NCBI RefSeq assembly: GCF_003918875.1 | Contig: NW_025765059.1 | Location: 1,922,001-1,986,000, forward strand | Length of the DNA stretch: 64,000 nt | Direction: 5' to 3' | Source of the DNA: Haliotis rubra | Taxonomy: Eukaryota | In this document: in pieces, positions 13,254-24,670 of the stretch | How positions within the stretch are numbered: the stretch's first letter is position 1 | Layout: every line of letters begins with the position of its first letter | Position numbers and translations under genes: made by a program | The notes under the pieces: model-generated | What the model was told of the DNA's origin: nothing | What the model saw: only the letters and a program-made list of their open reading frames with translations | Databases searched by the model: none

Positions 13254-14870
13254 AGAAGATATCTCAGAAATCTGGTTCCCAGCCTATCCTGCACCAATCA
13301 CAAGCACTCTTGCAAGTATAAGAGTATATTCTCACATTAATCGATAAAGATGAAACACGTCTTCGAATTAATATGGAAATGTAAGCATCTTTGTTTGTTG
13401 CATTGGTGATGGTGATGGTGATGGTGATGGTGACGAAGTTTCCAGAAGTCGAATGGTATTCTCTGATTATAGTTTGCACTGTTTTCACTTGTCACACCAA
13501 CTAATGATTTCCCCTGAACAATGCTTATCAATCAAATCATGTGTCTACATTACACAATAAATTTTCATGTAAGCAATTAATAAAATGCTTTAATATTTCA
13601 GTTATTTCACAATTGGCTGAAAATCTATCCATCTAGTTTTATTTATTAAGATAACAATTTTAAATATTCTGAAGAATACTTTTCTACCAGTAGCTGTTAG
13701 GATTGTAACAAAACCAGAAGTCTGTGTACATTTATTTTGCAGCTGACAAGGAAACGTCTTCAATGGCAGCTGTCTTTGCGTCAATCTAACTTTGGAAAAT
13801 ATATACTAGTACATCGTTTCACTATGTCAAATCAGTGGGAAACTTTGTCAGGTATGTTAGAACTATATACTTGTACCAAATCTTTTAACTAAGCATCAAG
13901 TAAATGACAACAAATAATCAGGTGTTGGATTACACCACCAAACATGGACGGCAACACGAGACAAGAAGATTGTTGGTTGTATTGTAAGCAGTTTAGCTGC
14001 CTGAAATATATGGGTTGTTGGCTGTTTTGAGAATATGAAATGAACTTCATTGTTGCAAAAAAGCACATATATTAGCTGCATTCTAATGTAAATTAATGTA
14101 CATATAGATTTACTTAAATGGTTCGTTTAATACAGCAAAGGCAAAAGTGGGCTATAGTGTCAAATCTTTCAAATGTGTATGTTAAACAGGCCTACCGTTA
14201 GAATACAGCACCACAAACTTTAAAAATATGTCATAATACCCTTTTATATAATTTTATGTGACTTTGTTCCAAACCAACTTCTGGAAACAATATAAATATT
14301 ATAGGTCACAGGACATTATTACATTAATCAATGTCTAACTCAGCTGCGACTGATGTTTGTCAAGACTTTAATTGAATGGGGTATTTCATTATAAAAGAGC
14401 ATCATCCAATCAGCATTAACCGACTGGCTTTTTGACTGCTTGTTTAGGGTTAAGAAATTAAATCCAATAACACCCTTGGATTTATCGAAATCTTCAAAGA
14501 TTTGAGGTAACCAATTATAATGTTTTGAAATCAGTATGACCAATGGACTCAAAACTTCTTGTAACTGTCTTTACAGACGGAAGCCCAGTCTCATGTCAAG
14601 ATCAGTGTGCCAGCAAATCGTCTCAGTCCCAAGTGAAAGTGCTAAAGAATTGGGTTGAAACAGGGCCCGAAACATGAGGTGTCCCGTTAAATAATGTCGA
14701 CACGAATGGTTAGCTTCTCTCGTTAGAAATAACATGAATAAGACCATTTGCCAGAGAGGTTAAGCCCAGATTCATCTCTCAACGAAGTATGGTGCGCTTC
14801 ACATATTTTTTTAAGTGTACTTTCGTTTTGATGTCATCTACCTTATCGCATAATATTGTCATAAACACAC

Positions 14871-15002
14871 CTCCAGATCAATCCAAACTATTCTATTTTT
14901 CTCCGCATCCTGTATGGCCGACATGGACTTATTCCCTTGGCTCATCTGCCTCACGAAAACCCCGAACAGGTTAGCGCTTCGCCTGACAATATTCGACAAC
15001 AT
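14871..15002 (-). CDS. REXO2: REXO2 exon 1 (putative mitochondrial presequence plus ExoI start)
   Basis: MLSNIVRRSANLFGVFVRQMSQGNKSMSAIQDAEKNRIVWIDLE|gt; WIDLE+MTGL is the Orn ExoI motif. The six exons sum to 639 nt in frame. Confidence 0.9.
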
Positions 15003-15255
15003 GATTGTACCCAAGCTCCTCACAGCGATAACCCGTTACAGCTCCTAACTGGTACAGGGAGGGAGTAGTAACGAGACTGGTTTGTTTGCCGTAGGGCGCT
15101 TGCGCTCTCTGTCGCAACGAGCTCACTAATTTTAGACGATCGTGGCTCTCCCACGTTCTGACATGGCCCTAATGTAATTTAAAGGTGAGGTGAAATTGGG
15201 TTTAACGTCGTGCTTGAGAATATTTCACTCATATGACGACGTGCATGCGTGTGTA

Positions 15256-16907
15256 TGTCAGGGTAGAGATTGCGATCTGGTAGAATTGGAGATTCTACCA
15301 GTAGAGATTGCGATTGGAGTCTCTACTGGTACAGTACAGTACAGTTTCCAATTCAAATGGAAGACACTTTATTTGCTCAACAATATTATGCATTTTATTC
15401 AGATGTAACACTAGACTGTTTCCAGTGAAACTGTGTTTATTTCAGTAAAGGGGCCACCGACCCATTATACAGATACATAGAACATGATGTATAAGAGATG
15501 AGATAAAATAAGGTAAAATACCACATTGCATCAATTCATTTGAGAAATTGTGAATATTTCTTAAAAGCTAGAAATACATATTTAGCTAGATTATTAAGAA
15601 GAGAAGCATTATAAGATGTCAACAATAGTACACATTTATGGAGAGATGGAGAAGTGTAATAATACTTAGGGAGCAGGGCCTGACGAAGATTATTATAAAA
15701 ATTACATTCTAAGCAGAAGTGATGTTCAGACTCAATAATGGGTACAATACAAAAGGGGCATAATCTTTCGCTCCGTGCTAGGCCGACCTTTCCTCCTTCC
15801 TCAATTAGGGTGAAAACTGACAGCCCTGTCAAATGCCATACATACACTCAAAGAAATCAGTAAAGTCTTCATTTAGTGAAACACAAGACTTTACATTAAA
15901 ATATATGTTTTTAATCGATCGAAAAACTCTACCCTTAATAATGAAGTGCTAAATATTTAGAGATTTATAGTGTCCAACACAAAAACATTGTCAGTACTTT
16001 GGAAGCCTTTCCTTAAACCCGGATTGGACCTTAATATTAAAGAATGAAATATATTTTACACAACTTCTTGTTCATTCACTTTTTTTGTTCATTCATTCTT
16101 ATATTTGAGTGAAATAACAACAACAAAAAACAGGAAGGTGGGGAAATGACCGGCCAGATATATATTTGGGTGGGGTATTGTCCGGGTGGGGAAATGGTAG
16201 GTGAGGAATTGACCAGGTGGGGAAATGACTGGATTCCTGGGGGGACACCATGAACAATTACACCAGTCAGTTACTGGTCAGAGAGGTGAGATCAGAGACA
16301 TGTTAAGAAGGTGACATGGATCTGACAAAACTCACTATTGTGACATATTGTTTTATGTTTATATTCGATATCTTCCATTGAAAAGTGCACACATCAGTGA
16401 TTATTGATAACAAACAATGTCACATTTATGACTGACCTAAATGTTGCTAATGTCATTTATTGATGGACATAGCTGACATTAGAACTCACAAAAAAGTGTG
16501 AGATTTTCTAAAATAAACATTGATTTTTTTTTTCATTTTAGAGTTAACATTTATTTACAATAACAATCATAAATGAAAACAAAGTAACAATGTTTTATTT
16601 TCATTTTGTTTGTAAACATTAAGTTGGACAAACAGCGTGCACTTTTCAATGGAAGATGTCATTTTACAATATATGAAAGCAAATTTTGTTTTTCTAAATA
16701 TTCACTTAGATTGCAATCTCTACTAGTAGGATCAGATTTGAGCTTCTACTGGTAGAGATTGTGATTGTATAGGTTATTCAATATTACTCCGATTGCAGTC
16801 TCTACCAGTAGGATCGGAGATTCTACCAGTAGAGACTCCGATCGCAATCTCTACTGGTAGAATCTTCGATTCTTCGATTCTACGAGATCGCAGTCTCAAC
16901 CCTGACA
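15256..16907. mobile_element. Non-autonomous TIR element with TGT...ACA ends
   Basis: About 31-bp TIR tgtcagggt(a/t)gaga(t/c)tgcgatct(g/c)gtagaat; subterminal ctaccagtag/ctactggtag repeats; possible 5-bp TSD gtgta/atgta. Confidence 0.7.
15330..15790 (-). mobile_element. 3' end of a non-LTR retrotransposon (LINE ORF2 C-terminal Cys/His domain)
   Basis: ERLCPFC...IESEHHFCLECNFYNNLR...LAKYVFLAFKK followed by aataaa and an (actgt)n tail. Confidence 0.7.
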
Positions 16908-18251
16908 ATGTATGTGTGGCTGCTTGTACTAGCCCAGACTGAAGCTGGTTTTATAGTGCTAGCCCACTGAGATACCATGCCGCAGTGAAGCATAAATACC
17001 CCACTCAGACACATTATACTGACTCCGAGCGCCAGGAAGGGACCAACAAGTACCATATTTTAACGTCTTTTGGTATGACGCGGTCGGGGATCGAACCGGC
17101 GACCTTCCTCTCTCCGGGCGGACGCTCTAACCACTACACCACGGAGGCGGGGGTAATTTAAAGGGAAACAGCATCCAACTCTCAGCCTCAGACCATTGAT
17201 ATCCCTTTGAATTCTCATACATGTATTTGATCCTATTGTGCTTACCAAAACCTTCCTCCTCTTGCAAATCCGTATATGTGTGCAATGTACAATTATGTTC
17301 TCCAGTATACATCAATATTACGTGAAACAGGTAATATTTTTTGCAACAATGAAGTTCAGTTAACGTACTGTTATGAGGCAGTGCTGTTGAGCAACAATGT
17401 TTCACCTGTTCAGGTACATTGTACCTGTAAGGTCAGTGGGGTCAGTGGTGTGCTATATTTAGACTTTCTAGATTTACTGTGACATACAGAAAGTATATTC
17501 CAGAATCATCTGTCATAGTTTGGACATGTGAAGCTTCTTTTTCTATGGTGTGTAAGGGGGTCCAGGTATATATGGTCTCTCATCACGCATTATCCAAATT
17601 ATCATGAACTGCTCAGACAGCCAAGCACCTACATTATTAGGAAATGTACACGGCAAATAAAGTAGCTATATTAGACGTAGTCCAATAAGCTGGCAGTCAG
17701 TTTCCGTTGCAATATACTGAGTAGTAGTACAGTAGGTGAAACGGGACCGTTGACACGTTGCTGGAGGGGTGGTGTCCGCCCGGGAAAGCCACATTTGAAA
17801 AATACCAACTGCCGCTAAAGCCACATTTCAAGTACAAACCTCGGTGCCGCGAATCGCCGCGAAAGTCACATTGAGTATGGGAATTAATACCGTTTTTTTC
17901 AAATGAGCGTCACCCATTGATCACAATGGATTAAAATTGTTTAAGTGACTTGTCCTTTGTTTGTGTAGTTAAATATGATGGGCGGCTTGTTTTATTTCGT
18001 TGAAGACTTTAGTTAACATATGATAACATATGTTCTGAGATAAAATGATACATGCAAATGGGTCATTCTATGGAAAAGGGCAATTTCAGCTTTTGCTCTT
18101 AAGAAAATTTTATTTGTATTTTTTTATTTCTTCACGTAAACTACTTTGGTTTGTATGATTGGTATGTCGCATCAGCAGAGAAGTTTGGACAAGCTTAAAA
18201 ACAGCTAAGAAATGAAAAGAGTAAGGCGTCACATATGTAGCTGTTTATAAG

Positions 18252-19533
18252 TATACTAGGCACATAAAGAAACTGTGCATACAAAAATTTAAAATCTAAA
18301 TTTATCAAACCTGTGTAGACACATAAGGATTTAAACTCAGAGATTAGTGACATGTATCCAACATGCATGCACGTGCCACGTTCCGTGACGTTAGTGGGTT
18401 CGTCCTTGAGACGTGCAATACGTTGTTGCACGTGCATTCCGGGAAAGAGAAACAGAGCAAATGAATGCCACACAATACTGTCACTTTGGAAAGCTCAAAC
18501 CCTGCCCTTGCGATCGTTCAAAAATTAAACGGCTATTGAAACGCATAGCATGCCAAGGCTCACGTCTGCACAACGTCATGAGGCCATTGGGATGGTCCGT
18601 GGGGGAATGTCTCAAGGACAAGTGGCTGCACATTTCCACTGCCACCGGAACACCATTTCTGCACTGGTGAGACGCCACCAGAACACAAATGACGTCATCG
18701 ATCGGCCACGTTCTGGACGTCCACGTGTAACAACGCCAAGACAGGACAGATGGATAAGGGTGACCCATCTTCGCCACAGGTTTCAGACTGCAGTGATGAC
18801 TGCCCGAACCATCCCAGGACTTCGCCGTATCCACCCCAACACAGTTCGACAACGTTTACGTCATCACGGGATCAGACCACGACGTCCCGCCATACGGCCT
18901 ATCCTGACACAACGTCATCGACAAGCTCGCCGAATGTGGTGCCGAAATCATGTCCGCAGACCCTTGTTTTGGTGGAGAAATGTTGTTTTACAGATGAGTC
19001 CAGGTTTAACATGTTACATAGTGATGGACGTCAACGTGCCTATAGACGCGTGGGAGAACGTCATGCACAGGCCTGTGTCTTGGGGAGGAATCGCTTTGGT
19101 GGTGGGTCCGTGATGATTTGGGGTGGAATAACAGCACGCCAAAGAACTCCTTTGGTGATTGTTCAGGGCAACTTAACTGGTGTGGGCTACAGGGATCAGA
19201 TTCTTCGACCTGTGGCAATTCCTTTTCTGCAACATCATGATCCAGGGTTAACATTCCTACAGGACAATGCCCGCCCTCATACGGCAAGGGTTGCTATGGA
19301 TTTCTTGCAACACCACAACGTTGACTTACTGCCTTGGCCTGCAAATTCCCAGATCTCTCCCCGATAGAGCATGTTTGGGACGAGATGGATCGACGGCTAC
19401 GCCGTCTTCCCCTCATCCGCCAGATAACGACCTTGACCTTGCAACAGAACTTGAGAGAATCTGGCGTGACATCCCACAAGCCTTCCTTGCACGTTTGATT
19501 GGTTCTATGCGTCGTCGATGCCCTGCTGTTCTC
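18252..19533 (+). mobile_element. Tc1-family DNA transposon, 3' end missing
   Basis: Left end probably ta|tactaggcacataaagaaac; transposase follows; the sequence switches to the DIRS-order element at TTCTC 19529-19533. Confidence 0.8.
18550..19533 (+). pseudogene. Tc1 DD34E transposase (frameshifted, C-terminus cut)
   Basis: Paired-like HTH with RSGRPR, FTDESRF (D), QDNARPH (D), PDLSPIEHVW (E), GSMRRRC; three frameshifts, all at homopolymers. Confidence 0.92.
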
Positions 19534-20747
19534 CTAATCACATCGTTCCACAACATCACAACACAACACAGTTTACTGGAATACGCTTGTGACTGGTGCG
19601 ACCGTTTTATTTACAAACCTCAACACAACACAACTTGACTCAACTTGGTATCTATTATACCCATCTCTTACAGAAATAAATGATTCTATATTTATGCAGA
19701 AATATAATGATATCTTTATTACCTGCTGAAACCCGACACGTAAAACCAGAGATAAAAACTCTTACAGAAAACACTCTGGAACCGTGTTCCCTCTACGAAT
19801 GTAACAGCACATACTGGAGGGTTTACAGTACATATCAATCTTGTATGTATACAGTCTACAGTGTATTACATAAACAGTCACAACACTGGAATACAAACAT
19901 CACAACTTGAATTAAATTCAAGATTATTATAGGAAATTATACAAATGCCATATGCACATCATGATAGCTTACCAGCCTAGCAATATTCAATCAACATATT
20001 TTACAAGTTCCTTCATACAGGAATATGCAATAATATACAGGCTTACCAGGCCAGCTGAATACAAACTACAGCTTTACATATATACATATGATATAGGAAA
20101 AGGCAATTTCTAATGGCTTGCCAACCCCAAAACATACAAACACATACAGTATTATGATGGCTTGCCAGCCCAGTAGCTTTCAGATATACATTTCATATAG
20201 AAATGTGCAATATTCTAATGGCTTGCCAGCCCATAGCTTTCAAATATATATTTCATATAGAAATATGCAATATTCTAATGGCTTGCCAGCCCAAAGAAGA
20301 ACAAACTCATGCAGTATTATAATGGCTTGCCAGCCAAAACCTTCATATAGAATAGATGCAACATTATAATGACTTGCCAGGCCAATGAACAATACATGAA
20401 GCTTACAGCTTACTAAATTTGTTCATCTCTACTCCAATGATCCAGTCAAATTGATGACCTGAAACAGTAAATATGATTAATCACACATGGACCATTTTAC
20501 ATAATATGACACACATAAAAAAAGCTTAAAATTCATCAACCTTATATATACCCTTAATCAACGCCACCTGGCAGAATCGCCAGTCACGTGGCTGTAGTTA
20601 CACACCGCTAGGAGAAAGCAATTTCCCACTTATTCATACTTCAAACGTTGGAAATTTCATTTCTCCTAATCACATCGTTCCACAACATCACAACACAACA
20701 CAGTTTACTGGAATACGCTTGTGACTGGTGAGAATATGCAAAGAAAG

Positions 20748-21768
20748 TCATAGGCCAAGAGAAAGTGAAACTTTCATCCTTTGCTCCCAAACTATCTTTT
20801 ATATACCCGTCTTTAGCTTTTTCGCTTCTCCATCGTCCGTGACGTTTAAACATTCGATCTGGTAATCCGTTATTTGCAGCCGCCGTTGCTCCACCACTGC
20901 GCAAGCTATGCAAACCATACTGTTTTATGTTATCAACATAAGGACGTAAAGCATCAATGAATATCTCTCTTAATCTTGTATATGAGATAGGAACATTTCC
21001 TTTCCTGATGATATATCCAGAAGCACATTTTGTCAGACCTCTAAAAATATACTGATCCGAATCAGACTCAATCGCAGCCATATCAAGATAACGTTCTAAA
21101 CAAGCTACTGGACAAAGCTTTGTTTGTGTACGACCTATAACAACCCATGCACCATCTCTGTAAATGTCAGTCTTTGATTTTTCAATGAAAACAAGCATAT
21201 GAGATTGACAAAATACAACATCAGAACGTGATATATACAATAACTCGGCTGATCGCAAAAATCCTGCATAAGCCAATAAACACATTGAAAGCAATCTAAG
21301 CTCAGGTAACCCAGCTCCTTGTATTTTGTCATCATACAAGCGTTCAAGAATAGCTACCGTGATAGGTTCTTTCTTAACTACAGCTTCCAGCTTCCTCTTA
21401 GCTGCTTCCATGACACTCTTGACTAAACCGTTAGCAGTGGGACTCACAAGTCCTATACTTGAATGCGCATGGCGCAAGCTATAAAAAGCTGTCAACACAG
21501 GGGAAACAGTTTCACTTTGTTGAATTACTGATACCAAATATAATGCACAATGCAACGGCGATACAGGTAAATCAAAAGAAATCTCATTACATATCGCCCA
21601 CCTTTTCCAGGCAGCAAACCCGTACTGATACTTTCTGTTTGTCGAATCAGCTGCAGCTCCAGACAACATCGATGGGATATCATCAGCCAATGCTCTAACA
21701 CTATCTGGGAGATCACTCAACTCGTCCCTGTACACGTGCTGGAAAGCCTCTGTAAACACATACAGCAT
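20748..21768 (-). CDS. Tyrosine recombinase of the PAT/Ngaro-type element
   Basis: AGFLRSAEL (R), KSKTD (K), LHSLRSGG (HxxR), RHGRW, DGY (Y); apparent frameshift just before the natural stop. Confidence 0.92.
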
Positions 21769-21771
21769 AAA

Positions 21772-23700
21772 TTAACGAAAATCAATGAACAGAGCAAGCA
21801 TATTAAAATCTAAATCTGTCTGGCCGAACAAACCCCCTTGTATCCTAGAAGCTGTATACGCTTCCTTAACTGTGGGAAGATACATCCAATCTTTGATCTG
21901 TGGAATGAACACGTTTTAGCGCATATCAACGGCCAGAAACACGCAGAAGGCCACTCGGGAACCACTAAAGTACCAACTGCACGACATTCTTTCTCAAGTG
22001 CTTGATGACCCTTGGAATCAAACCTATAGGCGGGACAATCCAGCTCATAGTTCCTCTCCAGTTGACTGTGAAACAATCTACCGCTTGACTCCCAGGATTG
22101 CTGAACTTAGAACTGAAACGCTCCAACTTCGTATTATAGTACGAAGCAAATCTATCCACATTATGAGGTCCCCAAAAAGCATCTACTTTATGGAAAACAT
22201 CCTGAGAAACACCCCAATCATCACGATCAAGCAACCGACTCAAAAAATCAGCTTTTTGGTTAGTACAACGGGGAATCAACTGAACCTCTAACTCAACACT
22301 ATACTTTAGGGCACAAATCGAAAATCTTCAGAGCAATGGACTGTTGATGTTGCTTCATGCTCCCCTTTGTTATAATGTTAACAACGTTCTGATTATCAGT
22401 GAGCCACTTCACGTGTTGATGACTTAACCTTGAAATCAAACTTTCAGACACCAATTTCACAGCTTTGAGCTCTCTCTAAGTTGAACTAAGCCTAGCTTCT
22501 TCACTGGACCACTGACCACAACTAGGTACACAATCTACATTAACACTATAGCCTCCAAATCCAACATCACTCGCATCTGAATAAACAACAGTTGTAGCAG
22601 TAGCTGATTGTACAAGGGATCTAGAATCATATGTTTCTATGTTCTCGTACCAGAATTTCAACTGTTCGATACTGATATCCGACAAAACAACCTTGCTGTA
22701 CCACGAACTTGCCTTGAGAATGTCTATACTGACTGATCTTGTCATAAGTTGTGATACCGGACCCACAACTAACTTCATGGCAATGATTTGACCCACGACA
22801 GATGCAACTGACCTTACACAGATTGGCTTACAAATGCTTTGAAGCAAAGTAACAATCGAAAGTTTAACCTTGTCAATCTTGCCTTTTGGCACAGAAATAG
22901 TCATCGTAGTAGTGTCAATACCAAATCCTAACCATTCAATATTCTGTGAAGGGACCCACAGAGATTTCTCAACTTTAGGTACAAAACCAGATAAGAGCAG
23001 ATCATTCTTGATATCCAAACCTGCTGAAAATGTCGTAGCTGATGAGGATCCAGACAAAATACCATCATCCAAAAATGTGACTATTTTGTGTCCGTCTGAC
23101 CTCCACTTTTTAACCAGCTGTCTAGTCACTTTCGTAAACACATAGGGTGCCGATGTGAGTCCAAAGGGTAAAACCATAAACTTATAGAAGCAAAGTTTAC
23201 CAGCTTTGTCTGGCCACGCAAACCCAAGGTAATCTGTATGACCAGGATAAATATCAATATGGTGATAAGCTGAATGGATGTCAAATTTTATAAGCCAATC
23301 ATCTTTATCAATATAGTTCAAAGCAGTTTTCCAGTCTTCATATTTCACAGTTCTTTTAAAAGATAAATGCATTCACCCTGGACAAATCAAAATTAGTCGT
23401 TTTTGCCCGAAGATTGAACAGACACTGTTAAAGGATTCACTACGGTAGGTGGTTGATGACAGGTCAGGATCAACTGTTTCATCATCAGCTCTTCAATGGC
23501 CTGCGTGACAAAACCATTCTGTTTGAGAGCTGACTTGTTATTGGGTATAAACATAGGAGGGATAGATATAAATTGAATTTTATACCCAAAAGCAATCAAA
23601 TCAATGACAAATTGTGACGCACCAATTTGACGCCAAAACCCAAACTCTGTTTGAGCCTACCCTTGACAATTATTTCTGATAAACCCTGCTCATACTCATA
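21772..23700 (-). pseudogene. RT - RNase H - methyltransferase-like pol ORF (frameshifted)
   Basis: KFDIHSAYHH, VLPFGLTSAPYVF, FLDDG; YSDASDVGFGG and NQKADFLSR (RH); VDRFAS...WIVPP...GTLVVPEWPSACFWP (MT-like). Confidence 0.9.
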
Positions 23701-24488
23701 ATAGTCGTCAGTTAGTTTGTAAGAATTGATCTCAACATCAACACGATGAGCATACTTAACTGACAGATCTTGACTATTTGTTGACTGGAGTCGAGACTCC
23801 GCCTGTGACCACCGGGCTTTAGATGTACTGACGCTGTAGGGACAGTCTCGTCGGTAGTGCGAGAACTCACCGCAGGTGAAGCATGAACCTGACCTTTGAC
23901 TTTTTGCACGAAAAAGAGCAGGCTGGCTAGGCTGAAGAGCAGGAACAGGCTGCACAGCAAACTGTACGGGCCGAGCGACCGTCGACGAGCGGCGAGCTGA
24001 CCTAGATGTGGAGTACGGTGATTGGCGTGCACGCTTTTGACGAAGTTTCCTGACTGCCTTGTTTTCAGCCGAAGTAATCCTTTTGTCATCGTCAGAATCA
24101 TCAGCGAGATCATTAGCAACATAGTTTCTCACAGTTTCCCAGCCCCCTTCACTAGAATCCGCAATTTTGATGTGCTTATTTCTTTTCTGGACACTTTCTA
24201 TCGCTGACGTCAGAACCGTCTCAGCCTCTTCATAACGTTGATTCTGAATCGACAAAAGAACTGTATTCAAAGAATCTACTGTCTCACTGTTGAAATTGTA
24301 CTTTGTATTTTATTTCCTTCCCTTGACCACGTATAATCCTTTTCAGCTTTGAGTTTCTTCAAATCAGTAGAAGCTTGACTAAACTCTTGTCGTAAAGCAC
24401 CGAGCTGGGAGTTAAAGGATTCTTCCAGTTGATCTTTATTAGCATTCAGCTGTTTCAAGATGGCGTCTAATTTGGCGTCTGTGTCCAT
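23596..24488 (-). pseudogene. Gag-like ORF1 with CCHC zinc knuckle (frameshift near 24300)
   Basis: KRNKHIKIADSSEGGWETV...DDSDDDKRI and CFTCGEFSHYRRDC. Confidence 0.85.
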
Positions 24489-24670
24489 TTTAAAGATGTA
24501 CGGTCTTGTTTGCACAAGCGAGAGAACGAATTTAAATTCATCAACCTTATATATACCCTTAATCAACGCCACCTGGCGGAATCGCCAGTCACGTGGCTGT
24601 AGTTACACACCGCTAGGAGAAAGCAATTTCCCACTTATTCATACTTCAAACGTTGGAAATTTCATTTCTC

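Larger units (their letters stand above)
15186..17152 (-). mobile_element. SINE family B split by a 1.65-kb insertion
   Basis: Tail at 15186-15255, remainder at 16908-17152; 12-bp TSD gtaatttaaagg (15174, 17153). Confidence 0.85.
19529..24670 (-). mobile_element. DIRS-order tyrosine-recombinase retrotransposon with split direct repeats (PAT/Ngaro-type), full length
   Basis: A1 24534-24670; gag, RT-RH-MT, YR; B1 20661-20730; A2 20529-20665; spacer; B2 19529-19598. This is the A1...B1A2...B2 architecture. Confidence 0.92.

Noticed and set aside
19960-20390. CRISPR-like repeat-spacer pattern
   Set aside because: Eukaryotic retroelement context, linkers related to each other, irregular spacing, no cas genes
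20641-21768. Bacterial or phage integrase contamination
   Set aside because: The YR is embedded in a gag/RT/RH retroelement with split direct repeats, within SINE-rich intron-containing DNA
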